DNA of 63,068 bases, counting the filler, from Candidatus Desantisbacteria bacterium CG1_02_49_89 (GTDB lineage: Bacteria; Desantisbacteria; UBA1551), in the NCBI GenBank assembly GCA_001871075.1. It is 5 parts of 5 records of this genome, joined end to end, with 100 filler letters (N's around TTAATTAATTAA, not from the genome) between each part and the next. Parts side by side here need not be neighbours in the genome. Positions count along the whole stretch, not along the records: positions 57,140 to 63,068 come from MNUP01000025.1; 4 more parts are not named here. The stretch is one strand, 5' to 3'. The position numbers were made by a program, and so were the translations under genes. This document shows positions 60,501-63,068 of the stretch, one piece after another. A model generated the notes under the pieces. That model did not search any database. It was given only the letters and a program-made list of their open reading frames with translations, and was not told where the DNA came from. Position 1 is the stretch's first letter. Each line of letters begins with the position of its first letter.

Positions 60501-62476
60501 ACAACTACTACCAGCAGAATTTCGCCCTGTCTTCGGAAAAAGACTGGGAGATCAAATCAGTGGAGCTGGGTGACGTTACAACGCTGGTTAGGTCCGCGAC
60601 AATGACCGTGACAGAGCCGCTGGACATACTGTATAATATCAAACAGATAACGCTGGGTGTGTATGACACCAACACCTTCGGCAGGAAAAAGGAGATCTGG
60701 ATAAACGAGCTGTATCTGGACGAGTCCGGGATAAAGGAGGGTTACGCCCTAAAGGCCGGGCTTAACGTGAATATTGACAACGGATTCGTGGGGTTGGGCG
60801 CAAGTTACAGGAAGCTCTCACACACGTTTGAAACCCTGGGCGTTGCGTCAGCCGCGGAGGACAACGAATCTTTCGGAGGCAGCTGGAGCGTTCTGCTATC
60901 AAGGCTTATACCGTCCGGCTGGGGGATCAGCCTGCCTTATTCAGGCGCATGGTCACAGACGCGCACCCAGCTTGACCCCAATACCGCAAAGGATGTCCCG
61001 CGGTACAGGCTGGGCCTCAGGAATGTGATCGCGCAGAGCCATTTTCTTAATTTCGGGCAGACATATTTGCCTTCGATCACCGGCAGTTATACCCACGCGA
61101 AGATAGACAGCGATTTTAAAGGTTCTGAGGCAAAAGAAATACAGCAGAGCTATTCGGCAAGCATGATTTACAGCTATGCCTTCCCGCGCTGGTTGTGGTA
61201 CGCGCTTTCCGTTAAACCTTCCTATTCCTATTCGAGTTCTTTGCGCGAGGTAAGCATTGGCCCGGCTTTTGTGGATACGAACAATACATGCGATCATGCA
61301 AGCGATTTCCTTGTTTCAATGGGTTTTCAGCCTGTCGCGCAGGTAAACATCATACCGCAGTATAAGCTGCGAAACACGGGCCAGCAGGCAAGCGTCAACG
61401 CGCCACTGGGGGATATGAGGCCTTTGAGCAGGAACCAGAACCTCGGTATTTCAACTTCCACGACGTATTTTAAGGGTGTAAGCCCGTCCGCGTCTCTCAG
61501 CGAGGTCATCGACGAGAATTATTTCATAAGCGTCACGGATACTAAAAAGAACGCAAGCGGCAGCGCGACCGTTGATTTTAACGCAAGCGTTTCACCCAGA
61601 GAATGGTTCAGCGTAATGAAATTCGTTAATTTCTATTACAGCTTCCGGATGAACGCGAACGTTTCGTATGAAAGCCTTGATAAAACAATAGAGCCCGGGG
61701 ATATAAACATGGACATCTGGCAGGCCCTTGTGAACCTGAGAGACACGTTTACGTTCACCCTGATGCGGAAGGCGTCATCCAACCAGAAAAACCACACGCT
61801 CAGCGCTAATTTTTACCTGTGGGACCCGCTCAGCGCGAGCGCGAATATGTCTTTCGGCACGGACGAAAGCCAGAACCAGGGTTCTTTCAACACTGTCAAT
61901 AACCTGGGTTACGGCGGCAGCGCCCGCCTGGACATTAACCAGGCGTTCCCGGAACTGAAGAAATCCATGGAATCTTCGAACCTTATGGGCAGTTTCAACC
62001 ACAGGATCTCGGAAACCCTGGGTTCGTCAAAAACCTCCACCATGACACCCAACTTCAACTGGCAGGTAAGGTGGACCTCAGCCGTAAACCAGAATTATTC
62101 ATTTAACTGGAACATGGAGACCACCCAGACCGGCGCATACACCAGGTTCACAAACACCATGGCTCCTTCTGTGAGGACGGATTATACCGCCGATTTCCCG
62201 CTTGTCCTCGCTATACCGTTTTTCAAGGAATGGAAGCTTGCGAACCGCTTTGACCTCAACAATACCACGAGCCATGAATTCAGGAGCGTGGAAGAAGACG
62301 TATTAAAGCTGGAATCGACAAATAAGTTTTCGACCACCACCGGGCTTTCGTATAACGCGGCTGAGAACCTCCGCCTTACGTTCGGCCACACTTTTATCTG
62401 GTACGCGAACGCCCAGGTCCCGACCCAGGATTATATTTCGCACAGCATAGCGTTCCGCGGCGAGATCCGCTTTTAG
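57596..62476 (+). CDS. sprA: SprA/Sov-like large outer-membrane beta-barrel (T9SS translocon homologue), 1626 aa
   Basis: LSGKVGDRITVNVEYDD, ELKNYYYLG, GSERVYLNG..L....DYTIDYDSG, GMISEDVDG, VKNIRIW, IWINELYL recall SprA blocks; long amphipathic-strand C-terminus ending RGEIRF. Confidence 0.78.
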   Translation: MKFKVLIIFILFLLITVHCPLSTVCRAADTQTPGLGDQIVREVQSRIAASGRKMWEVKYTWSHYLDPRINSDFENSFAMYQELQFRLSGKVGDRITVNVEYDDTQQKKQKISVIYTGEGREATGIQEVNFGDQVLSLPGTEFVAYNKQLFGLSVKGQYEKFRYYFVGSQTKGYSETREFRGKSEFKVVDIRDISYYTRKYYILRHINQGREKVYIDDRNASNNTANTFYFQGLDMVTNPVSPDTISGYFDPAFSGVDYVIDYGTAASDSTVISFSKGIDQNFVLLVYDMDLNNTFAIKDDLGTETRTSRYELKNYYYLGYRKIIQNDPNFILEVWDSDKARHPVYLWPNTAPAGESYTAKIDYDFGIIHFVDSTGRDVRPFAPEVYLPSNPVTTREIHAEFKYSIQALILRPYLVEGSERVYLNGSLLRKDSDYTIDYDSGWLSFLREEMITEDSVIKVDYEYMPFGGQYVETLLGMRGELPLSPDFSIGTTYLYSGTPSPNEIPSVRSTPKSHQVVDVDMQLDPKSLISRIIPGLEKVPFSTSMNFEGAYSWKDPNTFKKAMVDDMEGAKLQVSVPMTDTNSWRISSAPTGESLGLRGLIGGGVFNLRGAEEGHDPNLTTPKSIVLDYSLADSNWVAICYPISKYSQDYSQYNNIEFWVKDPVPNVKVFFELGMISEDVDGRGGFDTDVYSGSAKLWSKGQPKTEDTKMADGKLNPDEDAGWTFYSPGGSSAQIGANNGRLDGEDLDGDGQLNAFNQKIHTLGGYFAEFDFSGYKIGESGSWKLYRIPFSRQVSGDTDWAMVKNIRIWVKNESGGAKSGSLQMDSLSVVGSKWTNVAVGGLAGINTFSAESRNSVDNISGDSPSYYKDPRYYVPDSSYDEDEDGLNDYFEELHPNLEEDLRLVVASQIPKEQSMALVYRFSEECTGSVTQKFTTALNFTDYKRMKFWLFVTSGSSGGTFFIRFGMDDNNYYQQNFALSSEKDWEIKSVELGDVTTLVRSATMTVTEPLDILYNIKQITLGVYDTNTFGRKKEIWINELYLDESGIKEGYALKAGLNVNIDNGFVGLGASYRKLSHTFETLGVASAAEDNESFGGSWSVLLSRLIPSGWGISLPYSGAWSQTRTQLDPNTAKDVPRYRLGLRNVIAQSHFLNFGQTYLPSITGSYTHAKIDSDFKGSEAKEIQQSYSASMIYSYAFPRWLWYALSVKPSYSYSSSLREVSIGPAFVDTNNTCDHASDFLVSMGFQPVAQVNIIPQYKLRNTGQQASVNAPLGDMRPLSRNQNLGISTSTTYFKGVSPSASLSEVIDENYFISVTDTKKNASGSATVDFNASVSPREWFSVMKFVNFYYSFRMNANVSYESLDKTIEPGDINMDIWQALVNLRDTFTFTLMRKASSNQKNHTLSANFYLWDPLSASANMSFGTDESQNQGSFNTVNNLGYGGSARLDINQAFPELKKSMESSNLMGSFNHRISETLGSSKTSTMTPNFNWQVRWTSAVNQNYSFNWNMETTQTGAYTRFTNTMAPSVRTDYTADFPLVLAIPFFKEWKLANRFDLNNTTSHEFRSVEEDVLKLESTNKFSTTTGLSYNAAENLRLTFGHTFIWYANAQVPTQDYISHSIAFRGEIRF
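57640..57667 (+). repeat. Perfect (CACTGTC)4 inside the sprA-like signal peptide
   Basis: Four exact copies encoding TVHCPLSTV. Confidence 0.92.
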
Positions 62477-62481
62477 AGGCA

Positions 62482-62627
62482 GTCATGAGTCATGTGTCAT
62501 GAGTCATGTGTTTAGCTCGTAACATCGTGCATCGTTCATCGTGCATCGTAAATAATTCTCTGTGTCTCCGTGCCTCCGTGGTTAATTTTATAATCACCGT
62601 AATCGCAGTTAAAAATCACCGTAATCA
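62482..62627. repeat. Mosaic spacer: GTCATGW, CATCGTG, CTCTGTG and AATCACCGT arrays
   Basis: Four array families in sequence; three of them also occur elsewhere in the window. Confidence 0.85.
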
Positions 62628-62637
62628 GGATTTTATA

Positions 62638-63068
62638 GTGAAGTTCGGGATATGCAACGAAATTTTCAAGGGCTGGGAATGGGCCAGGGTGGCTGGATAC
62701 GTTTCATCGCTGGGTTACGCCGGTATTGAGCTTGCCCCGTTTATTTTTGCCGGATCGGTTGAACAGGTAAGCGCCGGCAAAAGGAAAGAGATCGCGGATA
62801 TTGCCGGTGCGAACGGCCTTGAAATAACCGGCCTTCACTGGCTGCTGGCGTCCCCGAAGGGCTTGAGCCTGAGTTCTCCGGATAGGTCGATCCGTGAAAG
62901 ATCAACTGAATACCTTAAAGCCCTGGCGCGCTTCTGCGGCGATGTAGGCGGGAAAGTAATGGTGTTCGGCTCTCCGAAGGCAAGGGATATCCCTCCTTCA
63001 TCCGGTTTTGGCGAAACATACGAACGCGTTAAGGATTGTTTCTTTTCAGTCCTTCCGGTCCTGAAAGA
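62638..63068 (+). CDS. Sugar phosphate isomerase/epimerase (3' truncated)
   Basis: GTG start; MKFGICNEIF...GY.GIELAPF...GLHWLL...GGKVMVFGSP; missing from the ORF track because it has no stop. Confidence 0.85.
   Translation, partial: MKFGICNEIFKGWEWARVAGYVSSLGYAGIELAPFIFAGSVEQVSAGKRKEIADIAGANGLEITGLHWLLASPKGLSLSSPDRSIRERSTEYLKALARFCGDVGGKVMVFGSPKARDIPPSSGFGETYERVKDCFFSVLPVLK

Overview
The window is a pseudo-scaffold of five bacterial contigs (1-22610, 22711-45004, 45105-51319, 51420-57039, 57140-63068) joined by artificial 100-nt N/TTAATTAATTAA linkers. It most likely comes from a metagenome-assembled diderm bacterium (LptF and beta-barrel proteins present); the exact taxon cannot be read from the sequence. 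Housekeeping content: dgt-comF-lysC-apgM-gap-pgk-tpiA-rpsU-yqeY-nif3-peptide ABC genes, and the origin region gyrB-dciA-dnaN-oriC-dnaA / rpmH-rnpA-yidD-yidC-jag, with clear DnaA boxes and DnaA-trios. Accessory content: two histidine kinases, a transglutaminase-ABC operon, a gene-turnover site after gyrB (AlbA/Schlafen-like gene plus radC and nucleotidyltransferase remnants), many secreted proteins (three broken by single lesions), glycan-use genes, and type IX secretion-like SprA and PorV/PorQ homologues. The most striking signal is non-coding. Nearly every spacer is a mosaic of at least a dozen families of 7-11-nt imperfect tandem arrays, REP-like hairpins and nested mini-palindromes. These are polarised with transcription (motif after a stop codon, its reverse complement before the next start), often supply stop or start codons, and invade signal peptides and even a domain interior in frame. 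No tRNA, rRNA, CRISPR array or transposase is visible. All family assignments come from motif recognition, not database searches.
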